In this document: positions 25,697-37,625 of the stretch, in pieces
How positions within the stretch are numbered: position 1 is the stretch's first letter
How the letters are laid out: every line of letters begins with the position of its first letter
Assembly (NCBI RefSeq): GCF_055900595.2
Contig: NZ_CM148325.1
Strand: one strand, 5' to 3'
Length of the DNA stretch: 64,000 nucleotides
Translations under genes and position numbers: made by a program
The notes under the pieces: model-generated
What the model was told of the DNA's origin: nothing
The model's input: the letters and a program-made list of their open reading frames with translations, nothing else
Databases searched by the model: none

Positions 25697-25701
25697 GAAT
25701 G

Positions 25702-25739
25702 AAGGTGCCAGTGAGTGCGAAAACTGGCACCTTTCCTCT
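25702..25739 (+). terminator. Hairpin terminator between the small secreted ORF and yjbH
   Basis: ggtgccagt / actggcacc stem with a 10-nt loop, followed by tttcctct. Confidence 0.6.
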
Positions 25740-25742
25740 GAC

Positions 25743-27839
25743 TTAGCGGAAATTGACGCTTCGGTCGCTGGTCATGTCATACAACTGGAACTTACGCCCA
25801 AGTTGCTGACCACCGTCACGCGTCAGCGGCGTCCAGCCAATTGCCGCTCGGCTACGAGTCGGGCCAGACGAGAAGAGATCCAACGGTACAGAGATATACA
25901 CGCCTTTGGTGAAGTCCCCTTCGCCGTACTCCTCTTTCGAAACATTCGTGATCGTGGCATACCCACCCACCACCACGCCGCTGTCAAAGCGTTTGGCTAT
26001 TTCCAGCGTGCCGCCTTTATCCCCTGCCAGATACTGCCCGACGCTGGCTTTCACTAATACATCCTGAGCGAAAGATGGCGTCCAGTAGGCGGTCAAATGA
26101 CCAGTTTTCACGCTGTAATCGGTGAATTTCATCATATCTTTCGCACTACGCCAGTCGCGCTGTTTAACGTAGTTAGCATCCAGACCAAACGCCCAGTTGC
26201 TATCCAGCGGGCGATACAATACTTCTGCCCCCGCGCCGCCAAACATGGTTTCGAGATAACCACCGTAGACCTGACCGTAGAAGCCGTTGCCCAGATGCTG
26301 AAAGTAGTTGGCTTGCAGGTTATTCACATAGACATCATTCTGCACATACTCACGCACATGGGTACGAACGCGCGGTAAGTGCGAGTCCTGCGGTGGATTG
26401 GTGTAATTAAACTTGTCGTAATTGTTCGCCAGGTTAGCAAACAGGCTACCGGTGGTCAGCAGATGGTCCGTCAGCCACAAATCCGCCGTTCCCATCACGC
26501 CCAACTGGTACATGTAAAAGTTTTCCGGGCCCCCGACCGACTGGTTCAGCACCGGATCGATATGGAAATCAAAGCGCGATTTGTCGATATACCAGCCCTG
26601 CTCAGTGGACGCAGGAACTACCGGCTCGACGCGTTTTTGCGCCAGCGTCGTTTCGTGGCCCAACGGCTCTCCGGCAAGATGATTTTTCAGGCTGGCGACA
26701 TCGGTTTCCGTCGTCACCTGCGGCATGTTAAGGCGATTTTCTGTAACGCGGATCGTCTTGATCCCCTCCGGCAGATCGTTCATCACGATCCGATTAGCAC
26801 GGATGATCCCTTCACGCGAATCACGATATTTCACCTGCTCACCGGTGACGTACAGCGTATCGCCTTTCGTCTGGATCTGCGGATCGGCCAGTCCGGCGTT
26901 GTATTTCAACAGCGTTAACTGATTCGCCACCACCGAATGCTGCAAAATGGCATCCTGTGGTTGCGGTTGATATTGCGGACGGGCGTTATCATTGTAGGAC
27001 GGGCGTAGATCGTTAAAGTTGGTACGCAGCGTGACGCCAAACATAAAGGTGTTACCGCGTTCATAGCTAAGGTTAACGTCGGCCCAATCGGTAACGCGAT
27101 AAATCGCCCCGACGTTAAACTTACTTTTTTGCTCCAGCTTCCCGGCAAAATCCTGCTGATAATTATTGCCTTCATACTCCAGTTTCAGACGCAGCGGCTG
27201 CCAGGGCGTCTGGTATTCCACGCCGCCAAACAGTGAGGCCGGACCGTGGAACATCTGGCTGCCGTCGATAGATCCCGCTTGTTTGTAGCTGTTATCGCGA
27301 TAGCAATATTTGTCACTGGCTGAACAGAGCGGATTTTTCACGTTACCGCTGGTGCCCAGATATCCCCAGCCCAGGCCGAGCGTAAAATCGAATGGCCCCC
27401 AGGCTTTGCTGGCGACAAGATATTCCGCATCGAACAGCCCCGTACCGCCGATATCCCGCGCACCAACCGCCACCTGTGGCAGCCAGTAACTCTCTTCCCA
27501 TAAACGCAGTTTGAGATCGAAGGCTTTATCTTTATACGTTTGATCACCAGAGAACGCTTCGACGCTGCTGTACTGCCGAGTGCGCACATCGGTATAACGC
27601 AGCGTTGTTTCCAACCACGGGAAGAGTTGCACCGAAGCAGAGTAATAACGGTACTGATCGTTATCGCGATAGTTCAGACTCAACTCCCCTTCCCGCGCCA
27701 TGCGCGCGGTAGGTGTTTGTAATAATCCTACACCACCGAAATCCGATTGCGACGGACCAATGGGCGCAGGATATGTTTCGCCATAGCAAGCCGTGCTAAT
27801 GCCCAGCGCCAGTAAACTAAGCAGATGTCTTTTTTTCAT
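25743..27839 (-). CDS. yjbH: YjbH, putative outer-membrane lipoprotein/porin of the yjbEFGH exopolysaccharide-associated operon
   Basis: 698-aa [54 protein letters not shown]...; its start overlaps the yjbG stop. Confidence 0.9.
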   Translation of the reverse strand: MKKRHLLSLLALGISTACYGETYPAPIGPSQSDFGGVGLLQTPTARMAREGELSLNYRDNDQYRYYSASVQLFPWLETTLRYTDVRTRQYSSVEAFSGDQTYKDKAFDLKLRLWEESYWLPQVAVGARDIGGTGLFDAEYLVASKAWGPFDFTLGLGWGYLGTSGNVKNPLCSASDKYCYRDNSYKQAGSIDGSQMFHGPASLFGGVEYQTPWQPLRLKLEYEGNNYQQDFAGKLEQKSKFNVGAIYRVTDWADVNLSYERGNTFMFGVTLRTNFNDLRPSYNDNARPQYQPQPQDAILQHSVVANQLTLLKYNAGLADPQIQTKGDTLYVTGEQVKYRDSREGIIRANRIVMNDLPEGIKTIRVTENRLNMPQVTTETDVASLKNHLAGEPLGHETTLAQKRVEPVVPASTEQGWYIDKSRFDFHIDPVLNQSVGGPENFYMYQLGVMGTADLWLTDHLLTTGSLFANLANNYDKFNYTNPPQDSHLPRVRTHVREYVQNDVYVNNLQANYFQHLGNGFYGQVYGGYLETMFGGAGAEVLYRPLDSNWAFGLDANYVKQRDWRSAKDMMKFTDYSVKTGHLTAYWTPSFAQDVLVKASVGQYLAGDKGGTLEIAKRFDSGVVVGGYATITNVSKEEYGEGDFTKGVYISVPLDLFSSGPTRSRAAIGWTPLTRDGGQQLGRKFQLYDMTSDRSVNFR

Positions 27840-28576
27840 TATTGCGGTATCCGCTGCGTCAGAGTCTGAAGAATGTCGGCGTTAAGTGCATCAGGTGTCT
27901 CACTCCAGACGGAGTCCGCGAGGCCAACATAAATAATGCTGCCGGGCATCGGCTCTACGTGACGCTTGTTCCAGTAAGCCACCGGCGCTTTTTGCGTGCG
28001 TCCGTCCGGGTAAACCACCCACGCGTAGCTGCGATCCGCACCGCTGAGCAGGCTCTGGTCAGAGAGATAGCTCGCCACGTCGCGACCTGGAGTGAATGGC
28101 TGATTGCCAGGACGGCTGATAAGCCCGAATAACGTGACCGTGGACGGTGGTGGTCCGACCCACAGCGTGTAGTTGCCCTGCAACGGCGGGTTACCGCGTT
28201 CGGCAACGCGCACGATATCAGGATCAAGATTGATTTTTTGTCTGCCCGTCACCTTCAACGCCTGAATTTGCTGGCGTAAGGCGTTAATGGCGGCGGCATC
28301 GTCGGTGCTGGATTCTGAGGCCAGTTCTGCCAGCCTTGTCAGCAACGCCTGCTGCTGCCGTAATGCCGCCGCCGTTGCCAGCTCTTCGCTAATCACCGCA
28401 CCGGGCCACCAACTGTTTGCGAGCCGCGGTTGACCTACCAGATCAATTAAATGCTCTGCGCCTGTCAGCGTTTTGGCCTCATTGCTGCCATTACTGAACA
28501 CTTTGACGGTGCCTGCCGCAAAGACCGATGACGCTCCCACGCTCATAATCAACGCAGCAATAGTTTGTTTAATCAT
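27839..28576 (-). CDS. yjbG: YjbG, periplasmic protein of the yjbEFGH operon
   Basis: 245-aa product from the internal ATG ([27 protein letters not shown]...); ATGA overlap with the yjbF stop. Confidence 0.88.
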   Translation of the reverse strand: MIKQTIAALIMSVGASSVFAAGTVKVFSNGSNEAKTLTGAEHLIDLVGQPRLANSWWPGAVISEELATAAALRQQQALLTRLAELASESSTDDAAAINALRQQIQALKVTGRQKINLDPDIVRVAERGNPPLQGNYTLWVGPPPSTVTLFGLISRPGNQPFTPGRDVASYLSDQSLLSGADRSYAWVVYPDGRTQKAPVAYWNKRHVEPMPGSIIYVGLADSVWSETPDALNADILQTLTQRIPQ

Positions 28577-29211
28577 TGTTTTGCCGCCTTGATGAGAGTG
28601 GTTTTCACCGGGAAATAATCCGCGCCGAGATACTGTTCCGACTGGCGAATTTGCCCTTCGCTGTCGATCCAATAGCGGTTATGCCAGCGTGCCTGGTCGG
28701 TGGAGACTTCTTCGTCCAGCACACGAACCGGAGTTTCATCGCTACCGACTTTGACGGTATCGGTGCCATCCCATTTGAAAACCGAGCGTGCGGTGGCGTA
28801 GCGCACCTGCTGGTACTCGGTCCAGCCCATCGTGCGCGTCCAGGTTGCGCCATCAACAATTTGTGCGGGTTTTATCAGCGGGTCGGCGGCAAGGTTATTC
28901 ACTTCAATCAGGTTGTCGCCGCCAAGCAAAGTCTTCACCAGACGACCATGTTGTGTGACGAGAGTGGCCTGATCCTGAGTGACCCATTTTTGTTGTCCAT
29001 CTTCAGCGAAGGCCAGCACCACAAACAACTGCGGCCCGCCATTAAGCTGCATGTACTGGCTGGCATAGGGCATATTTTGAATATCATCGTCCGTCAGCTG
29101 TACGCCTGGCGTACCGAACAGACTGTCCCACAGTGAATTGCCCAGCTCTTTAGTCGTGGCTGAACAGGCCTGTAATAGCAGGCAGATAAGAATGAGTGCA
29201 GGTCGCTTCAC
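28573..29211 (-). CDS. yjbF: YjbF, lipoprotein of the yjbEFGH operon (GTG start; upstream in-frame ATG at 29241 possible)
   Basis: ORF with the lipobox-like segment LLQACSATT; 212 aa from the GTG at VKRPALILICLL. Confidence 0.85.
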   Translation of the reverse strand: MKRPALILICLLLQACSATTKELGNSLWDSLFGTPGVQLTDDDIQNMPYASQYMQLNGGPQLFVVLAFAEDGQQKWVTQDQATLVTQHGRLVKTLLGGDNLIEVNNLAADPLIKPAQIVDGATWTRTMGWTEYQQVRYATARSVFKWDGTDTVKVGSDETPVRVLDEEVSTDQARWHNRYWIDSEGQIRQSEQYLGADYFPVKTTLIKAAKQ

Positions 29212-29325
29212 GACTCTTCTCCAGAGGGGCAGAATAACCACACCGGAGTGTGGTTATGGTTAATCCCCGTCATACTTCAAGCCACAGATGCGATGACTCG
29301 AATTATTTTAGGGATACATACTTTA

Positions 29326-29568
29326 TTACTGGGTACTGGTGGTTGTGGTTGTTGTGGTCCCGGTATTAGAACCATCACCGCCACCGGTTGCCGCGAGCGC
29401 GACACCCACCGCCGAGCTTACGGTGCTGACGCTGGTCGCGGAGGAGCTACCCGCCGAAACCGACGTTGCTGCCGCCCCTGCCGCTTCGCCCACCTGTACA
29501 GGTGCAGCCCACGCAGAAGTCGCCGCAAGCGCAGATATGGCAAAAATGCCATACAGAACTTTTTTCAT
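29326..29568 (-). CDS. yjbE: YjbE, small secreted Ala/Gly/Ser/Thr-rich low-complexity protein
   Basis: 80-aa product [43 protein letters not shown]...[11 protein letters not shown]; first gene of the yjbEFGH operon. Confidence 0.88.
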   Translation of the reverse strand: MKKVLYGIFAISALAATSAWAAPVQVGEAAGAAATSVSAGSSSATSVSTVSSAVGVALAATGGGDGSNTGTTTTTTTSTQ

Positions 29569-29873
29569 AACAATTTCCCTTCATTGAATGAATGGAGATT
29601 TACCCAAAAACATTTCGGGCGGGATCGAGTATACACAACTAAAGCATGCGAATTACGGCGTGGGGAATTAGTGATGGGGTTTTAAGATAATTGGAATTAA
29701 TATCAAATATAAGTTTCAACTTATATATAAATAAGTTTAAAAATCAAAAAGTTAAAATAAAATCAAAAATGATTGACCTACGTATTTTCCGAAATAACCA
29801 CGATTAAAAATCTATTTTAGGATTAACCTCACGGTATGATTTCTGTTAAATCACAGACAAGGGGATTTATCTG

Positions 29874-29907
29874 ATAAAACAATGCCGACTTATAGTCGGC
29901 ATTGTTA
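29874..29907 (-). terminator. Candidate hairpin terminator downstream of pgi
   Basis: Perfect 13-bp inverted repeat aacaatgccgact-tata-agtcggcattgtt with a T-run on the minus strand. Confidence 0.5.
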
Positions 29908-29974
29908 TTAAGGTTATTTAATCAATCCTGCTATGTATTAATTGCCGAATACGATGTACATATCGGCATCGACC

Positions 29975-30054
<80 letters not shown>

Positions 30055-30082
30055 TATCATCGGCATCAGGTTCGCTCGATGA

Positions 30083-31732
30083 TTAACCGCGCCACGCTTT
30101 ATAGCGGTTAATCAGACCATTGGTCGAGCTATCGTGGCTGCTGATTTCTTTGTCATCTTTCAGCTCTGGCAGAATACGGTTCGCCAGCTGTTTACCCAGC
30201 TCCACGCCCCACTGGTCGAAGGTGAAGATGTTCAGGATCACGCCCTGAGTAAAGATTTTGTGCTCATACAGCGCAATCAACGCCCCCAGGCTGAACGGAG
30301 TGATTTCGCGCAACAGGATAGAGTTGGTCGGACGGTTACCTTCGAACACTTTGAACGGTACCACGTAGTCAAGCGTGGCCGGATCTTTACCCTGATCGCG
30401 ATATTCCTGCTCAACCACTTCGCGGGATTTACCAAACGCCAGCGCTTCGGTCTGAGCGAAGAAGTTAGACAGCAGTTTCTGGTGATGATCAGAGAGCGGG
30501 TTATGGGTGATAGCCGGGGCGATGAAATCGCACGGCACCATCTTCGTACCCTGGTGGATCAGCTGGTAGAACGCGTGCTGACCGTTAGTACCAGGTTCAC
30601 CCCAGATAATCGGGCCAGTCTGGTAATCCACAACGTTACCGTTACGGTCAACATACTTACCGTTGGACTCCATATTGCCCTGCTGGAAGTACGCTGCGAA
30701 ACGGTGCATATACTGGTCGTACGGCAGAATCGCTTCAGTTTCCGCGCCAAAGAAATTGTTGTACCAGATGCCGATCAGCGCCAGCAGTACAGGCAGGTTT
30801 TTCTCTGCAGGTGTGGTGGAGAAATGCTTGTCCATCGCGTGTGCGCCGGAAAGCAGTTCAACGAAGTTATCAAAGCCGATGGAGAGAACAATCGACAGGC
30901 CAATCGCTGACCATAAAGAGTAACGACCGCCGACCCAGTCCCAGAACTCGAACATGTTGGCGGTATCAATACCAAACTCACCAACGGCTTTGGCATTGGT
31001 TGAGAGCGCCGCAAAGTGTTTCGCAACGTGTTTTTCATCACCTGCCGCTTTCAGGAACCAGTCACGCGCGCTATGGGCGTTGGTCATAGTTTCCTGAGTG
31101 GTGAAGGTTTTAGACGCTACCAGGAACAGGGTGGTTTCCGGGTTTACTTTTTTCAGCACTTCCGCGATGTGAGTTCCATCGACGTTAGAAACAAAGTGCA
31201 TGTTCAGGTGATTTTTGTACGGACGCAGTGCTTCAGTCACCATGTATGGGCCGAGGTCAGAACCGCCGATCCCGATGTTCACTACGTCAGTGATGGCTTT
31301 GCCGGTATAACCTTTCCACTCACCGGAAATGATCGCTTCCGAGAAGGTTTTCATCTTCTCCAGCACGGCGTTAACTTCCGGCATGACATCTTTGCCATCA
31401 ACCAGAATCGGGGTATTGCTACGGTTACGCAGCGCTACGTGCAGTACGGCGCGGTTTTCGGTGCGGTTGATCTTCTCGCCAGAGAACATCGACTTAATCG
31501 CACTCGCCAGATCGCACTCTTTCGCCAGATCTTGTAATTTCGCCAGCGTCTCTTCAGTGATGCGGTTTTTGGAGTAATCCACCAGCATCTGATCGTCGAA
31601 GGTTGCGGAGAACTTAGAAAAACGATCGCCGTCTTTAGCAAAAAGATCGGCGATCGTAACGTCTTTCATTTCATCGAAGTGTTTCTGTAGTGCCTGCCAG
31701 GCAGCGGTCTGCGTTGGATTGATGTTTTTCAT
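30083..31732 (-). CDS. pgi: Glucose-6-phosphate isomerase
   Basis: 549-aa product [61 protein letters not shown].... Confidence 0.97.
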   Translation of the reverse strand: MKNINPTQTAAWQALQKHFDEMKDVTIADLFAKDGDRFSKFSATFDDQMLVDYSKNRITEETLAKLQDLAKECDLASAIKSMFSGEKINRTENRAVLHVALRNRSNTPILVDGKDVMPEVNAVLEKMKTFSEAIISGEWKGYTGKAITDVVNIGIGGSDLGPYMVTEALRPYKNHLNMHFVSNVDGTHIAEVLKKVNPETTLFLVASKTFTTQETMTNAHSARDWFLKAAGDEKHVAKHFAALSTNAKAVGEFGIDTANMFEFWDWVGGRYSLWSAIGLSIVLSIGFDNFVELLSGAHAMDKHFSTTPAEKNLPVLLALIGIWYNNFFGAETEAILPYDQYMHRFAAYFQQGNMESNGKYVDRNGNVVDYQTGPIIWGEPGTNGQHAFYQLIHQGTKMVPCDFIAPAITHNPLSDHHQKLLSNFFAQTEALAFGKSREVVEQEYRDQGKDPATLDYVVPFKVFEGNRPTNSILLREITPFSLGALIALYEHKIFTQGVILNIFTFDQWGVELGKQLANRILPELKDDKEISSHDSSTNGLINRYKAWRG

Positions 31733-31974
31733 TAGCAATACTCTTCTGATTTTGAGAATTGTGACTTTGGAAGATTGTAGCGCCAGTCACAGAAAAATGT
31801 GATGGTTTTAGTGCCGTTAGCGTAATGTTGAGTGTAAACCCTTAGCGCAGTGAAGCATTTATTAGCTGAACTACTGACCGCCAGGAGTGGATGAAAAATC
31901 CGCATGACCCCATCGTTGACAACCGCCCCGCTCACCCTTTATTTATAAATGTACTACCTGCGCTAGCGCAGGCC

Positions 31975-32256
31975 AGAAGAGGCGCGTTGCCCAAGTAACG
32001 GTGTTGGAGGAGCCAGTCCTGTGATAACACCTGAGGGGGTGCATCGCCGAGGTGATTGAACGGCTGGCCACGTTCATCATCGGCTACAGGGGCTGAATCC
32101 CCTGGGTTGTCACCAGAAGCGTTCGCAGTCGGGCGTTTCGCAAGTGGTGGAGCACTTCTGGGTGAAAATAGTAGCGAAGTATCGCTCTGCGCCCACCCGT
32201 CTTCCGCTCTTCCCTTGTGCCAAGGCTGAAAATGGATCCCCTGACACGAGGTAGTT
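31975..32256 (+). promoter_or_regulatory. lysC 5' leader containing the lysine riboswitch (LYS element)
   Basis: Long structured leader directly upstream of lysC beginning AGAGGCGCGTTGCCCAAGTAACGGTGTTGGAGGAGCCAG..., which I recognise as the E. coli lysC lysine-riboswitch aptamer. Confidence 0.8.
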
Positions 32257-33606
32257 ATGTCTGAAATTGTTGTCTCCAAATTTGGCGGTACCAGCGTAGC
32301 TGATTTTGACGCGATGAACCGCAGTGCTGATATTGTGCTTTCTGATGCCAACGTACGTTTAGTTGTCCTCTCGGCTTCTGCTGGTATCACTAATCTGCTG
32401 GTCGCTTTAGCTGAAGGACTGGAACCTGGCGAGCGATTCGAAAAACTCGACGCAATCCGCAATATCCAGTTTGCCATTCTGGAACGTCTGCGTTACCCGA
32501 ACGTTATCCGTGAAGAGATTGAACGTCTGCTGGAGAACATTACTGTTCTGGCAGAAGCGGCGGCGCTGGCAACGTCTCCGGCGCTGACAGATGAACTGGT
32601 CAGCCACGGCGAGCTGATGTCGACCCTGCTGTTTGTTGAGATCCTGCGCGAACGCGATATTCAGGCACAGTGGTTTGATGTACGTAAAGTGATGCGTACT
32701 AATGACCGATTTGGTCGTGCAGAGCCAGACGTAGCCGCGCTGGCGGAACTGACCGCGCTGCAGCTGCTCCCGCGCCTCAATGAAGGCTTAGTGATCACCC
32801 AAGGATTTATCGGCAGCGAAAGTAAAGGTCGTACAACGACGCTTGGCCGTGGAGGCAGCGATTATACGGCAGCCTTGCTGGCGGAGGCTTTACACGCATC
32901 TCGTGTTGATATCTGGACCGACGTCCCGGGCATCTACACCACCGATCCACGCGTGGTCACCGCAGCAAAACGTATTGATGAAATCGCGTTTGCCGAAGCG
33001 GCAGAGATGGCAACTTTTGGTGCAAAAGTACTGCATCCGGCAACATTGCTACCCGCAGTACGCAGCGATATTCCGGTGTTTGTCGGCTCCAGTAAAGACC
33101 CACGCGCAGGTGGTACGCTGGTGTGCAATAAAACTGAAAATCCGCCGCTGTTCCGCGCCCTGGCGCTTCGTCGTAATCAGACTCTGCTCACTTTGCACAG
33201 CCTGAATATGCTGCATTCTCGCGGTTTCCTCGCGGAAGTTTTCGGCATTCTCGCGCGGCATAATATTTCGGTGGATCTCATCACCACCTCCGAAGTGAGC
33301 GTGGCATTAACCCTTGATACCACCGGTTCCACCTCCACTGGCGATACGTTGCTGACGCAATCCCTGCTGATGGAGCTGTCTGCACTATGCCGGGTAGAAG
33401 TGGAAGAAGGTCTGGCACTGGTCGCGTTAATTGGTAATGACCTGTCAAAAGCCTGTGGCGTTGGCAAAGAGGTATTTGGCGTACTGGAACCGTTTAACAT
33501 CCGCATGATTTGCTACGGCGCATCCAGCCATAACCTGTGCTTCCTGGTGCCCGGCGAAGATGCCGAGCAGGTGGTGCAGAAGCTGCATTTTAATTTGTTT
33601 GAGTAA
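32257..33606 (+). CDS. lysC: Aspartokinase III (lysine-sensitive)
   Basis: 449-aa product MSEIVVSKFGGTSVADFDAMNRSADIVLSDANVRLVVLSASAGITNLLVALAEG.... Confidence 0.97.
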   Translation: MSEIVVSKFGGTSVADFDAMNRSADIVLSDANVRLVVLSASAGITNLLVALAEGLEPGERFEKLDAIRNIQFAILERLRYPNVIREEIERLLENITVLAEAAALATSPALTDELVSHGELMSTLLFVEILRERDIQAQWFDVRKVMRTNDRFGRAEPDVAALAELTALQLLPRLNEGLVITQGFIGSESKGRTTTLGRGGSDYTAALLAEALHASRVDIWTDVPGIYTTDPRVVTAAKRIDEIAFAEAAEMATFGAKVLHPATLLPAVRSDIPVFVGSSKDPRAGGTLVCNKTENPPLFRALALRRNQTLLTLHSLNMLHSRGFLAEVFGILARHNISVDLITTSEVSVALTLDTTGSTSTGDTLLTQSLLMELSALCRVEVEEGLALVALIGNDLSKACGVGKEVFGVLEPFNIRMICYGASSHNLCFLVPGEDAEQVVQKLHFNLFE

Positions 33607-33615
33607 ACACAGTAT

Positions 33616-33653
33616 GGCCCGAAAGACATTATTTCGGGCCGTATGTTTTTCTT
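33616..33653 (+). terminator. Rho-independent terminator after lysC
   Basis: ggcccgaaa / tttcgggcc stem with a 7-nt loop, followed by gtatgtttttctt. Confidence 0.75.
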
Positions 33654-33857
33654 GTCATTATGCCCATCAATAAACGAGTCTATTCCCTGTTAACCAGCAT
33701 CTTTATCTAAGAATAATTACCTTTAATTTTTTATCTGCATCTCTAACTAATTATCGAAAGAGATAAATAGTTAAGAGAAGGCAAAATGAATATTATCAGT
33801 TCTGCTCGCAAAGGAATTCCCGTACACTGAACTCTCCGGCTCACTGAGGGCACCATC

Positions 33858-34130
33858 ATGGCACTCCCCCGTATTACCCAAAAAGAGATGACTGAACGCG
33901 AGCAGCGTGAACTTAAAACACTGCTGGATCGGGCGCGTATTGCGCATGGTCGCGTGCTGACCAACTCGGAAACTAACAGCATTAAGAAAGAGTACATCGA
34001 TAAATTAATGGTTGAGCGTGAGGCTGAAGCAAAAAAAGCCCGCCAGTTGAAGAAAAAGCAGGCTTATAAACCCGATCCCGAAGCATCGTTTAGCTGGTCG
34101 GCAAATACGTCAACGCGCGGCAGGCGCTGA
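33858..34130 (+). CDS. yjbD: Small basic protein YjbD (DUF3811-like), 90 aa
   Basis: ORF MALPRITQKEMTEREQRELKTLLDRARIAHGRVLTNSETNSIKKEYIDKLMVEREAEAKKARQLKKKQAYKPD...; conserved position between lysC and rluF. Confidence 0.75.
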   Translation: MALPRITQKEMTEREQRELKTLLDRARIAHGRVLTNSETNSIKKEYIDKLMVEREAEAKKARQLKKKQAYKPDPEASFSWSANTSTRGRR

Positions 34131-35003
34131 TTAGCGCCCCTTCTTTTTGCGCCCCGGCGAGGTGAAACGTTTACCGTTGGACGTCGGGCGACCGCCTTTT
34201 TCTGATGTTTTTTCCATCTTCACCACCGGGCGTTTAATGCCCGCCGTTTTCGGTTTGGCCTTCGCTTTGGGTTTTACCTCAGAAGTGGAATTCTCAATTA
34301 ATTTAAAGAGATCTATTAGCTCATCGTCGGTTAAATCGCGCCACTCACCCAGCGGAATGCCGCTTAAACTGACGTTCATAATGCGCGTACGCTCCAGCTT
34401 TTTCACTTCGTAACCAAAGTGCTCGCACATGCGACGGATCTGACGGTTCAGTCCCTGCACCGGGGTAATGCGAAAAACAAACGGCGCTTCTTTTTTGACT
34501 TTGCACTTTTTCGTCACCGTCCCGAGGATCGGCACCCCCGCCCCCATACCACGAATAAATTCATCGGTAATCGGTTTATCGACCGTAACCAGATACTCTT
34601 TCTCATGATCGTTACCCGCACGGAGGATTTTATTCACCAGATCGCCGTGATTGGTGAGGAAAATCAGCCCCTGGGAATCTTTATCCAGGCGGCCAATCGG
34701 GAACACGCGTTTGCTGTGGTTAACAAAATCGACAATGTTATCGCGCTCGCCATCTTCGGTGGTGCTGACAATACCGACGGGCTTGTTCAGGGCGATAAGT
34801 ACCAAATCTTCGGCTTCCCGAGGCTCAATCAACTGACCATTTACTTTCACAACGTCGCCGGGTTTCACCTGATCGCCAATGGTGGCTCGCTTGCCGTTAA
34901 GGAACACATTGCCTTGCTCGATATAGCGATCCGCTTCGCGGCGTGAGCAAATTCCGCTTTCGCTGATGTATTTATTTAAACGGACTGATGAGTCGGGCAG
35001 CAT
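34131..35003 (-). CDS. rluF: 23S rRNA pseudouridine synthase F
   Basis: 290-aa product with an S4 domain ([33 protein letters not shown]...) and the RluA/RsuA-family catalytic motif [12 protein letters not shown]; basic Lys-rich tail. Confidence 0.9.
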   Translation of the reverse strand: MLPDSSVRLNKYISESGICSRREADRYIEQGNVFLNGKRATIGDQVKPGDVVKVNGQLIEPREAEDLVLIALNKPVGIVSTTEDGERDNIVDFVNHSKRVFPIGRLDKDSQGLIFLTNHGDLVNKILRAGNDHEKEYLVTVDKPITDEFIRGMGAGVPILGTVTKKCKVKKEAPFVFRITPVQGLNRQIRRMCEHFGYEVKKLERTRIMNVSLSGIPLGEWRDLTDDELIDLFKLIENSTSEVKPKAKAKPKTAGIKRPVVKMEKTSEKGGRPTSNGKRFTSPGRKKKGR

Positions 35004-35214
35004 AAATTCTCCTGTAAAAAACGGAATATACCGTACCTTTGGGTTGATAAAAAATAGTCATGAGCGAACTATTTGTTATTTCCATTGGCTTGAATTCGTT
35101 ACCTGCTCAAATCACTTTCCAGAAGCAATGTGCGACATCGTGAGCCATGTCAGTAAGCGATTAAAATCACAGTGATAGCATGCCTCCCGTGATTTCTTAC
35201 TAACCGGAGAAGTA

Positions 35215-35904
35215 ATGGAACTGCTTTTATTGAGTAACTCGACGCTGCCGGGTAAAGCCTGGCTGGAACACGCGCTGCCGCTGATTGCTGAACAGTTGCA
35301 GGGTCGCCGTTCTGCGGTATTTATTCCTTTCGCGGGCGTAACGCAGACCTGGGATGATTACACAGCGAAAACGGCTGCGGTTCTCGCTCCGCTGGGTGTT
35401 TCTGTCACCGGTATTCATAGCGTTGTCGATCCCGTTGCCGCGATTGAAAATGCGGAAATTGTGATTGTCGGCGGCGGTAATACTTTCCAGTTGCTGAAAC
35501 AGTGCCGCGAGCGCGGGCTGCTGGCACCAATTACTGACGTGGTGAAACGTGGCGCGCTGTATATTGGCTGGAGCGCAGGCGCTAACCTTGCTTGCCCAAC
35601 CATTCGTACCACCAACGATATGCCGATTGTCGATCCGCAAGGTTTCGATGCGCTAAATCTGTTCCCGCTGCAAATCAACCCGCACTTCACCAACGCGCTG
35701 CCGGAAGGCCATAAAGGTGAAACCCGTGAGCAGCGTATTCGCGAACTGCTGGTCGTCGCGCCAGAACTGACGATTATTGGTCTGCCGGAAGGTAACTGGA
35801 TCACAGTAAGTAAAGGTCACGCTACGCTGGGTGGCCCGAACACCACTTATGTGTTTAAGGCTGGTGAAGAAGCGGTGCCGCTGGAAGCGGGTCACCGTTT
35901 TTAA
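35215..35904 (+). CDS. pepE: Dipeptidase E (alpha-aspartyl dipeptidase)
   Basis: 229-aa product [42 protein letters not shown]... (S51 peptidase, GWSAGAN). Confidence 0.93.
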
Positions 35905-35911
35905 GTGAATT

Positions 35912-35985
35912 GCCGGATGCATGATCCGGCATCTTGTACATAGTGCCTGATGCGACGCTTTACGCGTCTTATCAGGCCTATAGGG
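35912..35985. repeat. REP-like palindromic units between pepE and yjbB
   Basis: gccggatgcatgatccggc and gcctgatgcgacgctttacgcgtcttatcaggcctat. Confidence 0.65.
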
Positions 35986-35993
35986 TCACGGTA

Positions 35994-37625
35994 TTAATAC
36001 TCGTCCCGTACTTCATCTTCATCCGGCTGTTCCAGCACACTGTAAGCCACCGAACAAAACAGCGAGTTCAAACGCTGCATATCGCCCAGTAAGCCTAAAT
36101 GTAGCGAACTGGTTTCAATGCTCTGCACGTTTTGCTGATGCAGGCGATCAACGTGGGCGTGAGAATAACGGCGATTAAGAATGCGAAAACGATGCTTGCT
36201 GCGGCGTAAACGACGGGCGCTGGCAACATCGCCAGAGAAGAAAACCGACATTGCCAGTTTTAAATTACTGAGCAATTGCTCATAGAGTGCATCCAATTCC
36301 TTCAAGCCATCAAGCGAAAATGCTCGCCTTGCTGCCAGCGATTTGTCGGCAATTTCACTCCCCATGCGCTCGACGATATCGGAGGCCTGTTCAAGGTTAA
36401 GCGACATTTCGATAATCTCCGCCCAGCGACGCGACTCTTCCTCCGCCAGCTCTTCTTTTGGCATTCGCGCCAGATACAGCTTAATGGCGGTGTAGAGAAC
36501 GTTGATATCATCTGCCAACTTACGCAGCTCTTTCTCCTGCCGTGGCTCGCCGTGCATCACTTTATTCAACCCTTCCATCATCTGTTCCATGGCGTCGCCA
36601 ATGCGCAGGGTTTCGCGGGCAGCGTTCGCCAGAGCAAGCGTGGGCGTATCCAGCGCGCTGACATCCAGATGTTTAGGCCGTAGCTGGGTATCCAGTTCCG
36701 GTTCATCGCGAATAATCGTTTTGCAAAACCGTGCCATCGGGTCAACGAATGGCAACATGACCAGGCAGCGTACAAGGTTGTAGAAGACGTGGAAATAGAT
36801 CACCAATTCCGCTTTTGACAATGGCAACTTCCCCATTGTCTCTGCCAGCAAATGGACAAACGGCAGGATAATCAGGCTACCCACCAGCTTAAACAGCAGG
36901 CTACCCAGCGCGACACGGCGGGCTGCGGCATTGGCGGCACTGTTGTTGAGCATCGCCAGCAGGCCGGAACCGAGGTTTGCACCAATCACCAGACAAAGCG
37001 CCACTGGGAAAGAGATAATGCCTGCGGCGGTCAAAGTCGCGGTCAGCAGTACAGCAGCAAGGCTGGAGTAGCTGATAATGGCGAACATCGCGCCAATCAG
37101 CGCATCCAGCAGAATATCGCCGGTTAGCGAGGCAAAGATCACCTGAACGCCGTTTGCCTGGGTGATCGGCGTTACGGCCTGCACAATCAATTCCAGCGCC
37201 AGTAAAATCAGCCCAAGACCAATACCGACACGGCCCAGTTGCCCGGCGCGTGATTGTTTGCGTCCGAGGAAAAAAATCACGCCGATAAAAATAAGTAGTG
37301 GTGACAACCAGGATAAATCGAAGGTGAGAATACGCGCCATTAGCGCGGTCCCGACATCTGCACCCAGCACAATGACCAAAGCCGGTGCGAGGGCAACCAG
37401 ATCCTGAGCGACGAACGAAGTCACCAGCATGGTGGTAGCATTACTGCTCTGCACCAGTGCGGTAACGCCGATCCCCGCACAAAAGGCGAGCGGCTTTTTT
37501 TCGACGCTCCGGCTCAGAACAGTGCGCAGACGTGCGCCGAAGACGCGCATTACGCCTGTTCGAACAATATGTGTCCCCCAGACCAACAGGGCGACGGCAG
37601 AAAGCAGGTGAAGCAGCGTTAACAC
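35994..37625 (-). CDS. yjbB: Na+/Pi-cotransporter family protein YjbB (PhoU-like C-terminal domain)
   Basis: 543-aa ORF with a polytopic N-terminal half and a soluble C-terminal half. Confidence 0.88.
   Translation of the reverse strand: MLTLLHLLSAVALLVWGTHIVRTGVMRVFGARLRTVLSRSVEKKPLAFCAGIGVTALVQSSNATTMLVTSFVAQDLVALAPALVIVLGADVGTALMARILTFDLSWLSPLLIFIGVIFFLGRKQSRAGQLGRVGIGLGLILLALELIVQAVTPITQANGVQVIFASLTGDILLDALIGAMFAIISYSSLAAVLLTATLTAAGIISFPVALCLVIGANLGSGLLAMLNNSAANAAARRVALGSLLFKLVGSLIILPFVHLLAETMGKLPLSKAELVIYFHVFYNLVRCLVMLPFVDPMARFCKTIIRDEPELDTQLRPKHLDVSALDTPTLALANAARETLRIGDAMEQMMEGLNKVMHGEPRQEKELRKLADDINVLYTAIKLYLARMPKEELAEEESRRWAEIIEMSLNLEQASDIVERMGSEIADKSLAARRAFSLDGLKELDALYEQLLSNLKLAMSVFFSGDVASARRLRRSKHRFRILNRRYSHAHVDRLHQQNVQSIETSSLHLGLLGDMQRLNSLFCSVAYSVLEQPDEDEVRDEY

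Noticed and set aside
29339-29587. 82-aa plus-strand ORF overlapping yjbE
   Set aside because: Mirror-image of the low-complexity yjbE coding sequence; the minus-strand gene has the signal peptide and operon context.
30134-30910. 258-aa plus-strand ORF within pgi
   Set aside because: Antisense to pgi; no start context or terminator of its own.
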